The notes under the pieces: generated by a model
What the model was told of the DNA's origin: nothing
Databases searched by the model: none
What the model saw: only the letters and a program-made list of their open reading frames with translations
Source: Candidatus Multivorans sp.
Lineage (GTDB): Bacteria; Acidobacteriota; Thermoanaerobaculia; Multivoradales; Multivoraceae
Reading direction: 5' to 3'
Length of the DNA stretch: 64,000 bases
Assembly (NCBI GenBank): GCA_965224025.1
Contig: OZ245033.1
Span: forward strand, 832,001 to 896,000
In this document: one piece after another, positions 37,446 to 47,339 of the stretch
Position numbering within the stretch: the first letter of the stretch is position 1
How the letters are laid out: each line of letters starts with the position of its first letter
Translations under genes and position numbers: made by a program

Positions 37446-37934
37446 ATGCCCACGGAAACGGCGTTCCAGAGACTGCGCCCCGAAGAGGCGGCTGAACGCG
37501 TCTTCAGGGCCCGCGAACAGGACAGAGCGTGGCTCGACCGCTTTGCAGAGTGCCTCGCCGTCTACCGCGAGAGTCCGGGCGGAGCAGCAAGCCTCCCTGC
37601 TCGGCAACACGCTGCGGACCTGGTGCGCACGATCGGAGTGTGGCAACTCAGTCAGGCAAAGGCCGCCGCCCTGTTCGGCGTAAGCCGCCAGGCGTTCGCC
37701 AAGTGGCTGCAACGTGGCGTGCCGGCGGATCACGCCGTAGCCGTGGCGGACTTGAGGGCAGCCACCGATCTGCTGGAGCGCTATCTCAAGAGCGATCGGA
37801 TACCCGCCGTGGTGCGCCGGCCGATACCGAAGCTCGACGGCGTCTCCCTGCTGGAGCTGCTGGGCCAAGGCGACACGAACCGGGTGCTGTCCGCATGCCG
37901 CGAGATGTTCGACTTCGAACGGGCGCACGGATGA
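37446..37934 (+). CDS. Xre/MbcA/ParS-like antitoxin
   Basis: HTH LSQAKAAALFGVSRQAFAKW; C-terminal RRPIPKLDGVSLLELL. Confidence 0.8.
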   Translation: MPTETAFQRLRPEEAAERVFRAREQDRAWLDRFAECLAVYRESPGGAASLPARQHAADLVRTIGVWQLSQAKAAALFGVSRQAFAKWLQRGVPADHAVAVADLRAATDLLERYLKSDRIPAVVRRPIPKLDGVSLLELLGQGDTNRVLSACREMFDFERAHG

Positions 37935-38479
37935 CGCCCGACCTGGTCGTCGAGAGACTCCCCAACGATCACTCTTGGTGGCGCATCGCCGACCCGACCT
38001 GGGCCGACCCGCTTGACTCCGGTTTCGCGCAACGGCGCGGCGGCCGGTGGAATCCGCCTGAGAGCTTCCCGACGCTCTATCTGAACGAAGACAGGGTTAC
38101 GGCGCGCCTGAATCTCCGAACGTTCATCGACGGCTGGCCGTACGAGCCGGAAGAACTTCGGGAAGACAACGGCCCGCTTCTGGTGGAATGCACGTTGCCG
38201 CGCCGGCAGTTCGTATGCGACATGCACACACCCGACGGTGTTCGCGCTGCCGGCATGCCCGCCACCTATCCGCTCGAGGGAGACGGCGCTGTGGTTGGGC
38301 ACGACCGCTGCCAGCTCATCGGAAGGCGGGCCAAGGACCGGGGTTTACTCGGCGTCCGAGCGCGCTCGGCCCAGTCTCGGGGCGGCACGGGGCGGGAACT
38401 GGCATGGTTCCCGGCTTCCGTTCGCAGCCTCGCCCGACGGGTCGCTACATTGGCGTTTCCGATGTGGTTCTGGGGCTAG
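37931..38479 (+). CDS. RES-domain toxin
   Basis: ATGA overlap; WWRIAD, GGRWNPP, TLYLNED, ARSA. Confidence 0.85.
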   Translation: MTPDLVVERLPNDHSWWRIADPTWADPLDSGFAQRRGGRWNPPESFPTLYLNEDRVTARLNLRTFIDGWPYEPEELREDNGPLLVECTLPRRQFVCDMHTPDGVRAAGMPATYPLEGDGAVVGHDRCQLIGRRAKDRGLLGVRARSAQSRGGTGRELAWFPASVRSLARRVATLAFPMWFWG

Positions 38480-38495
38480 ACCTGCGGGATCGCGG

Positions 38496-40136
38496 CTACC
38501 GTACCAGCGCGTACAGCAGCACGAGAACACCGACCAGCCCCGCCGCCAACAGCCTCGGATCCAGTGCACCCCTGATCTCCGACCGGGCCAGGAACGCAAG
38601 CGGTGAGTCCCACGTCAGTCCGTCGACCTGCTCGGCCTTCGGGGGCGGCGTCGCCAGGCTGACGATCACGTAGACGACGCTCAGGATGCAGAAGTACCAC
38701 CACGCCTGAAGCAGGAAGGGGATCCCCAGGCCGTTCACGGGATCGGAGACGTACTGGACGCCGCCGAGCCACTCGAAGCCCATGTCGAACAGGAAGATGA
38801 TGAAGCCGGCCAGGAAGCCGAAGAGCAGCGTGAAGGTGCCTGCCTGAGGGGTTCCGCGGCGCCAGAACACGCCCCACAGCAGCACGGTGGCGATGGGGGG
38901 TGCGATGAACTGCGCCGGCATCTTGTTGATCGCTTCGAAAATGGAGCCGAACTTGTCGCCCTGGGTGGACCAGGCGATCGCCACGGTCATGACGACGACC
39001 GAGCTGATCCGCCCGATGCGGACCTGCGACGATTCCGACAGGCCGGGTCGGAAGTGCTTGGCGATGTCCACGGCGACCAGGGTGCCCGTGCTGTTCACGG
39101 CGGCGGCGATGGTGCTCATCAGCGCCGCGAGCAGCGCCGCAGCCATGATGCCGATGAGCCCGGTGGGCAGCAGCTCGGTGATCAGGGTGGGCAGGGCGTC
39201 GGTCGGCTCGGCGATGATGTCGCGGAAGAGGACGTAGGCCAGCACTCCCGGCAGGACCATGAAGAACGGCGGCAGGATCTTGAGCAACGAGGCGAAGAGC
39301 GCGCCGTGCTGCGCGTCGCGCAGGGTCCCTGCTCCGAGCACCCTTTGCACGATGGTCTGGTCGGTACACCAGTACCAGAGGCCGAGGATCGGGAAGCCCA
39401 GCAGGAAGCCGTACCAGACCGACCCGGGATCGAAGCCCTCCTCGCCCGGGACGTGAATCATGCTGAGTTGATTCGGCTTCGTCGCCTCCAGAAGATCGGC
39501 GTATGAGTCGATCCCCACTCCCGGCAGCCTGGTGAGGGCGATCACGGTGATCAGGACGGCGCCGCCTAGCAGGATGACGGTCTGGAGGGTCTCCGTGACG
39601 ACGACCGCCCGCAGGCCGCCGACGGCCGTGTAGATCACCGTGATGATCGAGATCATCGCGATGGACGCCAGGGGCGGAATGCCGAAGAACCGCTCGAACA
39701 CCGCCGCGCCCGCGTACAGGCTGATGCCGATGTGGATCAGCATCGCCGACATGATGAACATGAAGGAGAGCGTGGTCCTGGCGGCCGGGCTGTAGCGCCG
39801 CTCCATGAACTCGGGCAGCGTCGTGATCCGGCTCCGGAAGTAGATGGGCACGAAGACGAGGCTGAGCAGGATGATCGTGAAGCAGGCCATCCACTCGAAG
39901 TTCCCGACCACCATGCCGATTCCGAAGCCGCTCTCCGCGAGCCCGACCAGGTGGATGGTCGAGATGTTCGAGGCGAAGAGCGCGGCGCCGACGACCGGCC
40001 ACTTCAGGTTGCGGTTGGCGAGGAAGTACGACTCGCTGGTATGCCGCTTGATCTTGCGCACCGACCACAGGCCGACGAACAGGATGCCCAGCAGGTAGAC
40101 GACGATGACGAGGAGGTCGACGGGCGCGATGGTCAT
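38496..40136 (-). CDS. Sodium:solute symporter (SLC5/SGLT-like)
   Basis: YFLANR, ASNIS, YTAVGGLRAV, WYWCTDQTIVQRVL. Confidence 0.95.
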   Translation of the reverse strand: MTIAPVDLLVIVVYLLGILFVGLWSVRKIKRHTSESYFLANRNLKWPVVGAALFASNISTIHLVGLAESGFGIGMVVGNFEWMACFTIILLSLVFVPIYFRSRITTLPEFMERRYSPAARTTLSFMFIMSAMLIHIGISLYAGAAVFERFFGIPPLASIAMISIITVIYTAVGGLRAVVVTETLQTVILLGGAVLITVIALTRLPGVGIDSYADLLEATKPNQLSMIHVPGEEGFDPGSVWYGFLLGFPILGLWYWCTDQTIVQRVLGAGTLRDAQHGALFASLLKILPPFFMVLPGVLAYVLFRDIIAEPTDALPTLITELLPTGLIGIMAAALLAALMSTIAAAVNSTGTLVAVDIAKHFRPGLSESSQVRIGRISSVVVMTVAIAWSTQGDKFGSIFEAINKMPAQFIAPPIATVLLWGVFWRRGTPQAGTFTLLFGFLAGFIIFLFDMGFEWLGGVQYVSDPVNGLGIPFLLQAWWYFCILSVVYVIVSLATPPPKAEQVDGLTWDSPLAFLARSEIRGALDPRLLAAGLVGVLVLLYALVR

Positions 40137-40169
40137 TTGGGATCGGGGCCGGGCGTGGCGCCCGCGGGC

Positions 40170-41597
40170 TCAAACGATGATGTCGTCGACGACCAGGCCT
40201 TCGACGTCGGTCAGGCGGAAGTCGCGTCCCTGGGCGCGGTACGTCAGCCGCTCGTGGTCGAGGCCCAGCAGATGCAGGATCGTGGCGTGGAGATCGTGGA
40301 TGTGGACCTTGTCCTCGATGGCGTAATAGCCGTAGTCGTCGGTGCGGCCGTGGCTGTGGCCGGGTTTTGTGCCGCCGCCGGCCATGAACATGGTGTAGCC
40401 GTGGGGATTGTGGTCGCGGCCGTTGCGAGCCCCGGCCTCGGCGCCGGGAGTGCGCCCGAACTCGCCGCCCCAGAGCACCAGGGTCTCCTCCAGCAGTCCC
40501 CGTGACTTGAGGTCCTTGATCAGGCCCGCCACCGGGCGGTCGACCTCGGCGCAGCTCTGCGGCAGTCCGGTGATGAGGCCCGAGTGGTGGTCCCACTTGG
40601 AGTCCGGACCGTGGGTCGCCTGCACGAAGCGCACGCCCGATTCCGAGAAGCGGCGCGCGAGCAGGCAGCGGAGCCCGAAGTTCCGGGTCACCGGGTCGTC
40701 GAGCCCGTAGAGGCGTCGCGTGGCCTCGGACTCGCCCTCGATGCTCATCAGCTCGGGCGCCTCGGTCTGCATGCGGAAGGCCAGCTCGAAGGACTCGATG
40801 CGGCCCTCAAGCGCCTGGTCGGGGCCGGTCTGCTCGAGCTGACGCCGCTGCCAGCGCTGCAGGAGATCGAGTTCGCTTCGCTGGACCGCCGGCGACACCG
40901 ACTCGTTGTCGAGGAAGTCGATCGTCGCGTCCTCCGTCTTCATCCGGGTCGTGCCGATCGCCGTGCCGTTGTAGGCGGCGGGCAGGAAGGCCGACGAGTA
41001 GTTCTGCACGCCGCCGTGCTGGTACGAGGGGCAGATCGTGATGAAGCCGGGCAGGTTCTCGTTCTCGGTGCCGAGGCCATACGCGATCCACGAGCCCATC
41101 GACGGGCGCACGAAGCGGTCGCTGCCCGTGTTCATCGCCAGGATGGCGCCGCCGTGGGCGGCGTTGGTGCCCCACATCGAGCGGATGAAACAGAGATCGT
41201 CGACCACGGAGGCGATGTTGGGCATCAGCTCGCTCACCCAGGCGCCGGACTGGCCGTGCTGCTTGAACTCCCAGGGGCTCTTGAACAGGTTGCCGGTCTC
41301 GTTGAACTGCACGCGGGGCTTGGCGAAGGGCAGCGGCTTGTTGTCGTCGCGGATGAGAAGCGGCTTGTACTCGAAAAGGTCGTGCTGCGACGGCCCGCCG
41401 TGCATGTGCAGGAAGATGATCCGCTTGGCCTTCGGCGCGAAGTGCGGTGGACGGGGCGCCAGCGGGTTGCCGGGCTCGGCGGCCAGCAGGTCGCGCTGCA
41501 GCAGGGAAGAGAGCGCCAGGCCGCCGAAGCCGCAGCCGCAGGTCTTCAGCATCTGGCGGCGGGTGAGGGGCGGCGCCTGGTAGTGGGGGTGACGCAT
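40170..41597 (-). CDS. DUF1501 family Tat protein
   Basis: TRRQMLK; GGPSQHDLFEYKP; WGGEFGRTP; GRDHNP; FRLTDVEG. Confidence 0.93.
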   Translation of the reverse strand: MRHPHYQAPPLTRRQMLKTCGCGFGGLALSSLLQRDLLAAEPGNPLAPRPPHFAPKAKRIIFLHMHGGPSQHDLFEYKPLLIRDDNKPLPFAKPRVQFNETGNLFKSPWEFKQHGQSGAWVSELMPNIASVVDDLCFIRSMWGTNAAHGGAILAMNTGSDRFVRPSMGSWIAYGLGTENENLPGFITICPSYQHGGVQNYSSAFLPAAYNGTAIGTTRMKTEDATIDFLDNESVSPAVQRSELDLLQRWQRRQLEQTGPDQALEGRIESFELAFRMQTEAPELMSIEGESEATRRLYGLDDPVTRNFGLRCLLARRFSESGVRFVQATHGPDSKWDHHSGLITGLPQSCAEVDRPVAGLIKDLKSRGLLEETLVLWGGEFGRTPGAEAGARNGRDHNPHGYTMFMAGGGTKPGHSHGRTDDYGYYAIEDKVHIHDLHATILHLLGLDHERLTYRAQGRDFRLTDVEGLVVDDIIV

Positions 41598-41607
41598 CGT
41601 CTGAAAC

Positions 41608-44589
41608 CTAGTTGAGGTAGATGAACTCGCTCGCCGCCAGGATGACGTGGCAGAGCCTCGTCCAGGCGTAGATCTCCGCTTCGTCCGCCGGCCCTTGCGG
41701 ACGCATCTCGTCGAGGAAGGCGAGGCCGTCGGCGACCTCGGCGGGGTCGGCGGGGCGCCCGTAGGCGCGGACGAACGCGGTGTCGATGCGATCCGCGGCG
41801 CTCGCCTCTTCGAGCTCCAGGAGTTGCCGGGCGAAGCCGAGCGCGGCCTTCTCGACGAAGGGGCTGTTCATCATCAGGAGCGCCTGCCGCGGCAGAACCG
41901 TCTCGGATCGATCGCCGACTGAGTCGCTGGCGTCGCCGAAATCGAAGCCGCCGAAGATCCTGTAGATCGCGTTGCGTACCACCGGCATGTAGATCGAGCG
42001 CCGCGGCGCGTCGTAGAAGTCGACCTGGCCGAGGGTGCCGCCTTCGCCGAAGACGTAGCCCCTCGGGTTGTACTCCTCGACCCGTCCGCCGATCGTCAGA
42101 TCGAGGCGGCCGGCGAGCTGCAGCAGGGTGTCGCGAATCGGCTCTATCTCGAGGCGCCGCCGGTTCATGCGCCAGAGCAGGAGGTTCTCCTCGTCGACGG
42201 CGGCGTTTGCCGCGTCGTAGTCGGTCGACAACCGATACGTGCTCGACAGCATGATGTCGCGGTGCAGGTTCTTGAGCGACCAGCCGCCTTCGACGAAGCG
42301 GCGCGCCAGCCAGTCGAGAAGCTGGGGATGGCTGGGAGCGCTGCCGATGGCGCCGAAGTTGCTCGGCGTGTCGACGATGCCGCGGCCGAAGTGCCAGCGC
42401 CAGACGCGGTTGACGATGACCCGTGCGGTGAGCGGGTGCTCGGGGTGGGTGATCCAGCGCGCCAGTTCGAGCCGCCCGCTGGCGCCGCCTGCCACCGGTG
42501 GTGGCGGCACGAGGTGGTCGGTGACCTTCAGGAATCCGCGCGGCTCCGGTTTCTCGGCGAGGTTCAGGTGGCTGCCGCGGATGTGAACCGGCAGATCGAC
42601 GATGTCCGCCTCGTCCACCGCCATGGCGTACGGCGGCGCGGGCGGCGAGGCTCCTTCAAGTTGTTCGACCTCGGCGCGCAACTCGGCGAGCCGCTCCAGC
42701 GCCTCCGGCGGGTAGAGCTTCTCCTCCTCTTCCTGGTCGAGGCAGGGAATGCAGAAGTAGCCGCCGTAAACCAGCCATCGCAACTCCTCCTGCTCGCGCG
42801 GCAGCCTGAAGTCCGAGAGCGCAAGGTCGTCCTCGTCCTTGAGCCCGAGTCGCATCAGGTGCTCTTCCCAGGCGATCTCGATCGTCGCGAAGAGGCTCGC
42901 GTAGCGCCAGGCGACCTCCTCCAGGGTCTTTGGCGCCGGCCCGCGGACGAGGCCGCGGGTCAGGGGCGCCGTCAGCACCTTCTCCGAGGCGATGATCGCC
43001 CGTAGATCCTCGGTCACCTGCTCGTAGCGATCGGGCGAGGCGGCGGCGTAGGCGTTCCAGATCACGAAGACGGTGCTCGGGCTCGGGGCATCGCCCTCGA
43101 CCGGCGGGCCCTCCCGGTACCGGTAGAAGGCCCTGACCCAGCGCTCCAGGACGGCCGGCTCCAGTCCCCGGCCCCCGGCGACGCGGCGAAACGTCTCTCT
43201 GGCCTTCTCCTGCTTCGCCTCGTCCTCGCTCCAGCTCGGGTAGACCTCCTCGGCGGCCAGCAGATACTCGGCGAGCGCCGCCCGTCGAGGCCGCCGCAGG
43301 ATCTCGTTCTGTTCGTCGACCACTTCGTCGACCTTCGCTTGCGCTTCGGCAACGAGCTTCTGCGCCGCCTCGTACCGGGCGAGCGTCTCTTCCGGGACCA
43401 GCGGCCGCTCCAGCCAGCGCATGCCGGCGGCGTCGCTCATCGTCGCGGTCGAGCGCAGGACGCCGGCCATCGCGTAGTAGTCGGCCGTGGGGATGGGGTC
43501 GAACTTGTGGTCGTGGCAGCGGGCACAGCCGACCGGCAGGGCGAGAAAGGCGCGGCCCACGGTGTTGACCTGCTCGTCGACGATGTCGATCAGCATCTTG
43601 TCGACGTCCTGTTCCGCGAGCACCTTGGGTCCCAGCATCAGAAAGCCGGTCCCGGTGATCTGCTCGAAGCGCTGGGCCTCGGTCTCCGCCGGCATCAGGT
43701 CGCCGGCGATCTGTTCGTGGACGAAGCGGTTGAAGGGCTTGTCGCGGTTGAGCGAGTCGACGACGTAGTCGCGATAGCGGAACGCGTTGCGGAAGGCGAT
43801 GTTCTCGTCGAGGCCGTTCGAGTCGGCGTAGCGGGCGATGTCGAGCCAGTGGCGGCCCCAGCGCTCGCCGTAGTGCGGAGATGCGAGGAGGCGGTCGACG
43901 ACCCGGGCGAAGGCGTCGGGGTCCTGGTCGGCGAGGAAGTCCTCGATCTCGGCTTCGGACGGCGCCAGGCCGATGAGATCGAAGGTGGCGCGGCGCAGCA
44001 GGGTGCGCTTGTCGGCCGCGGCCACGGGCGCAAGGTCCTTCTTCTCGAGTCGCGCCAGGATGAAACGGTCGAGGGGATGGCTGATCCACGCCTCGTTCTC
44101 GACCTCGGGCGGTGCAGGGTCTTCGACCCGGCGGTAGGCCCAGTGCTCGCGGCCGGCGGTGTAGTCGAACGACTCGGCCGTTCTGGGCGCAACCACCGTC
44201 TGCTCGGCGCCGGTCCGCGGGTCGGGTGCGCCGCGGCGGATCCACTGCTCGAAGTCGGCGATCACCTGCTCCGGCAGCTTGCCGTCGGGCGGCATCTGGG
44301 TGAGCTCCTCGTAGTGGAGCGCTTCGATGAGCAGGCTGTCCTCGGGCGAACCGGGCACGATCACGGCGCCGCTGTCGCCGCCGGCGCGCAGTCCATCGGC
44401 ATCGAGCAGGGCCAGCCCACCGCGGATCTTCTTCGGATCGCCGCCGTGACACTCGTAGCAGCGCTCGACCAGGACCGGCCGGATCTTCGACTCGAAGAAC
44501 TCGAGATCGGCGGGGTCGGTCTCAGCGGCGCCGGCGACCGTGCCGACCGCCGCCAGCCAGGCCAAAACGAAGGACGCAGCGCGAGTCAT
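41608..44589 (-). CDS. Planctomycete cytochrome c / DUF1549 / DUF1553 (PSD1) protein
   Basis: FFESKIRPVL, CYECH, YGERWGRHWLD, CARCHDHKFDP, PSHPQLLDWLA. Confidence 0.93.
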   Translation of the reverse strand: MTRAASFVLAWLAAVGTVAGAAETDPADLEFFESKIRPVLVERCYECHGGDPKKIRGGLALLDADGLRAGGDSGAVIVPGSPEDSLLIEALHYEELTQMPPDGKLPEQVIADFEQWIRRGAPDPRTGAEQTVVAPRTAESFDYTAGREHWAYRRVEDPAPPEVENEAWISHPLDRFILARLEKKDLAPVAAADKRTLLRRATFDLIGLAPSEAEIEDFLADQDPDAFARVVDRLLASPHYGERWGRHWLDIARYADSNGLDENIAFRNAFRYRDYVVDSLNRDKPFNRFVHEQIAGDLMPAETEAQRFEQITGTGFLMLGPKVLAEQDVDKMLIDIVDEQVNTVGRAFLALPVGCARCHDHKFDPIPTADYYAMAGVLRSTATMSDAAGMRWLERPLVPEETLARYEAAQKLVAEAQAKVDEVVDEQNEILRRPRRAALAEYLLAAEEVYPSWSEDEAKQEKARETFRRVAGGRGLEPAVLERWVRAFYRYREGPPVEGDAPSPSTVFVIWNAYAAASPDRYEQVTEDLRAIIASEKVLTAPLTRGLVRGPAPKTLEEVAWRYASLFATIEIAWEEHLMRLGLKDEDDLALSDFRLPREQEELRWLVYGGYFCIPCLDQEEEEKLYPPEALERLAELRAEVEQLEGASPPAPPYAMAVDEADIVDLPVHIRGSHLNLAEKPEPRGFLKVTDHLVPPPPVAGGASGRLELARWITHPEHPLTARVIVNRVWRWHFGRGIVDTPSNFGAIGSAPSHPQLLDWLARRFVEGGWSLKNLHRDIMLSSTYRLSTDYDAANAAVDEENLLLWRMNRRRLEIEPIRDTLLQLAGRLDLTIGGRVEEYNPRGYVFGEGGTLGQVDFYDAPRRSIYMPVVRNAIYRIFGGFDFGDASDSVGDRSETVLPRQALLMMNSPFVEKAALGFARQLLELEEASAADRIDTAFVRAYGRPADPAEVADGLAFLDEMRPQGPADEAEIYAWTRLCHVILAASEFIYLN

Positions 44590-44960
44590 GGGAGTCTCTG
44601 AAGTGGACGGTGGAGTTTACTTGATCGACGACCCGCTCAGGCGTCCGCCCGGCCCCCGGGAAGGTACGCTCGGGCCTTCCGAAAAGGAACCGCGTGCCTT
44701 CCACGTCAACGACGAGTTCTGTGCTCCGCACATGGTGCCGCTCAGGCCATGTGGAAGCAGGTTCATCCTTGGCGGTCGAAATTCTCTAAGCCGCCGCTGT
44801 ACTGGCACTACATCCCGCGAGAAGTGATGGAGCAGTTTAGGTAGCTGGAATCCCCGCTACGTACCGGATGGCAAAGATGGGCTGTAGCGGCGGAGGTCAC
44901 ATGACGAACAAGATCATCACCCACGCCGATCGGTTCAAGGCCGCGTCGTCAGGCGCCGGT

Positions 44961-45006
44961 GCAGTGAACCCGGGTGGCGCGGGTCGCGCCACCCGCGAAC
45001 CACTGC
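44961..45006. repeat. Strong GC hairpin
   Basis: CGGGTGGCGCG-GGT-CGCGCCACCCG, extended by GCAGTG/CACTGC. Confidence 0.6.
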
Positions 45007-45029
45007 GGCCGCGAGTTGACGAGCGCACG

Positions 45030-45412
45030 GATGACACTGGATCTCGATGTACGGTCAGAGCGACGCGCGGAGCTACCGCACGCCCTGGTTCGGGGGGACG
45101 CCGTGGGAGGAGGACGCCCCGAACGGCGTCTACTGGGAGAACTCGCCGCTCAAGGACATCTACAAGGTGACGACTCCGACGCTCGTCCTGGTAGGCGAGA
45201 ACGATGTCCGCGTACCGCCGCCCCAGTCGGTGGAGCTGTACCGGGCCTTGAAGGCGAACGGCGTGGACACACATCTCTACATTGCCCCGCGCGAACCCCA
45301 CGGCTGGGGCGAACTCCGCCACGAGCTCTTCAAGGTCAACGTGGAGATCGACTGGTTCGAGCGCCACGTCCGGGGCATCGAGTACGAGTGGGAGACCGGT
45401 CCGGGAGACGAC
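45030..45412 (+). pseudogene. S9 peptidase C-terminal fragment
   Basis: SPLKDIYKVTTPTLVLVGENDVRVP...REPHG. No nucleophile Ser motif or propeller. Confidence 0.8.
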
Positions 45413-45845
45413 CGCGTTTCTGTTCTCGGGGATACCGCTGCGGAGCATTGCTTCGCCGACGGCATGGGCGGACGTCTGGGCAGCGTACTGCGTGTACGAC
45501 GATGCCTACACCGATCGACGGACGTTCGGCTTCAACTGTGACGTTGGCAACGGCTTCGCGACGCCCGTTCCGTCGATGATCCTGTTGGCGTCCATGACCA
45601 CCGGTTTCCTGCCCACAATCGTCGCCGGGATCATCGGCGTAGCGCTGTTCTGGCAGTGGGTCTACGTGAGCTCACTGTACATGGTGAGCTTTTTCATTTC
45701 CGGAGGGCACAAGGCCCTCAGCAGACTGGACCTGTTCGTCTGGGTGTGGATGCCGAACACGGTGTGGATACTCCTACCCCTGCTGGGACTGTACGTATCC
45801 ACTCGCCTGATCCTCGACGGGAGCTACGGCGTGTTGGGCCACTGA
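45410..45845 (+). pseudogene. Membrane protein C-terminal fragment (EXPERA/EBP-like)
   Basis: Several TM helices, MPNTVWILLPLLGLY; no credible start. Confidence 0.5.
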
Positions 45846-45890
45846 GGCCGGCGCACCCGGCAAGGTCGCCGCTTCGCGGCGCGTTCTCCT

Positions 45891-45912
45891 CCGCGGGTCA
45901 GAAGACCCGCGG
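45891..45912. terminator. Hairpin between convergent genes
   Basis: CCGCGGGTC-AGAA-GACCCGCGG directly after the stop at 45913; no strong U tract. Confidence 0.55.
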
Positions 45913-47280
45913 CTACTGACCGCCGCTCGTCTCGGCTGCCGCGGCTTGCGCCGCTTCCCTCTGCTTACGCCGGAACTCGCGCAGTTGGTCCATCTGCTCC
46001 TTCAACGCATCGGGGACGATGAAAGTGGGCATGTTCGTCTGCTGGCTCGTGTCGGTGAACGTGTAGTGGATGAAGCCGACCATCATCTCGTCGGTCGTCG
46101 CCTCGCCCCACATCACGTTCGCCGTCGGATCCGGGTTCGCCGGGTTGTCGGCCGAGTTGTCGAACGTGGCGTCGACGCGAATCGTCGTGCCGGCCGGGAT
46201 CACCTTGGGCCGCGTCGGCGTGTAGGTGAGCTGCCAGTTGAAGTCGTAGTTCGGCACGTCGAGCAGGACTTCCTTCTCGCCGTCGGGGTACTCGGCCGTG
46301 AACCTCATCGTCTTGCCCCGCAGGTGCATGTGAGGCGTGAAGTCGAAGAGCACCGCCTCGTGCTCGGTGGTGTATGACGACCACGACTGGTAGTTTCTTT
46401 CGCCCGCCGGGATGTTCAGCACCGGATCCACCAGCCACAGGGTCTCCACCACGTTCTCCGGCTTCTCGTCGTGGAAGTAGAGGCCCATCGTCGTCTGGTC
46501 CGTGCCGCCGGTGCCCGCGCCCGGAGTCTTGTGGTAGTGCATCTGGAAGAACATCGTGCTGTTCGGCGGCATGCGCATTCCGTGCCCTTCGGCAAACTGA
46601 AGCGGAGCGACACCGGGTCCCCAGCCGCTCACGAAGGTGAGGTCCAGGGTACCCGTCCGGCTCTGCACGCCCGCGAGTGTGGCGTTGGGCGGCGCGAGGT
46701 AGGTCAACTGGTGATGCACCGCTTCGACGAATCCGGGATGGATCTCGATCGCCCGGATCCAGCGCTCTTCGTCGACCGGGTTGTCGACCTGGAGCCACTC
46801 GTAGTGATCCTCGACGTCATCGGAGACGTGGAACTCCGGGCCCGTGTAGACGGCGTCCGGCGGTCCGAGCTTCCAGTCGGAAGAGAAGCTGGGAGGCTCC
46901 GGCGCCCGGGAAAGTTCGCCGGCCGGCGCGCCCGCGGTCACCCAACGGTTCAGCGTCTCGATCTCGGCGTCGGTGAGGCTCGGGTCCTCCACGAACTCTC
47001 CGTGCTCCGGGTTTGCGAACCATGGCGGCATGGTCCGGTCGCTCGTGACCTTGCGGATCGACTTCGCCCAGGGGCGCGTCTCGTCGTAGGTCAGGAGAGA
47101 CATGGGCGCGGTCTGTCCGGGTCGATGACAACTCACGCAGTTCTCGTGCAGGATCGGAGCGACATGGTCCGACCAGGTCACCTCAGCGGGGTCTGCCGCG
47201 TTGTTGGCTGGCGGCGCCGCGACGACCGCGCTCGCGAGAAACGCGAGGCCGAGAACGAGGTAGGGGAGACGGGACTTCAT
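45913..47280 (-). CDS. Exported cytochrome c + copper type II monooxygenase-like protein
   Basis: CVSCH, MPPW, AVHH, MHYH, PHMHLRG, YDFNWQ, DEM. Confidence 0.85.
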   Translation of the reverse strand: MKSRLPYLVLGLAFLASAVVAAPPANNAADPAEVTWSDHVAPILHENCVSCHRPGQTAPMSLLTYDETRPWAKSIRKVTSDRTMPPWFANPEHGEFVEDPSLTDAEIETLNRWVTAGAPAGELSRAPEPPSFSSDWKLGPPDAVYTGPEFHVSDDVEDHYEWLQVDNPVDEERWIRAIEIHPGFVEAVHHQLTYLAPPNATLAGVQSRTGTLDLTFVSGWGPGVAPLQFAEGHGMRMPPNSTMFFQMHYHKTPGAGTGGTDQTTMGLYFHDEKPENVVETLWLVDPVLNIPAGERNYQSWSSYTTEHEAVLFDFTPHMHLRGKTMRFTAEYPDGEKEVLLDVPNYDFNWQLTYTPTRPKVIPAGTTIRVDATFDNSADNPANPDPTANVMWGEATTDEMMVGFIHYTFTDTSQQTNMPTFIVPDALKEQMDQLREFRRKQREAAQAAAAETSGGQ

Positions 47281-47339
47281 GGGATTCTCCTTGCCCGGTT
47301 GGAGTCCGGGGGATTGGGGCGAGTGTAGCCCGAGCGCCC

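Noticed and set aside
44600-44900. Possible structured ncRNA (6S- or retron-like; CCGCCGCT...AGCGGCGG inverted repeat)
   Set aside because: There is no RT nearby and the stems are short for such GC-rich DNA. The + strand also reads like a gene tail (MWKQVHPWRSKFSKPPLYWHYIPREVMEQFR*). An Rfam scan would be needed.
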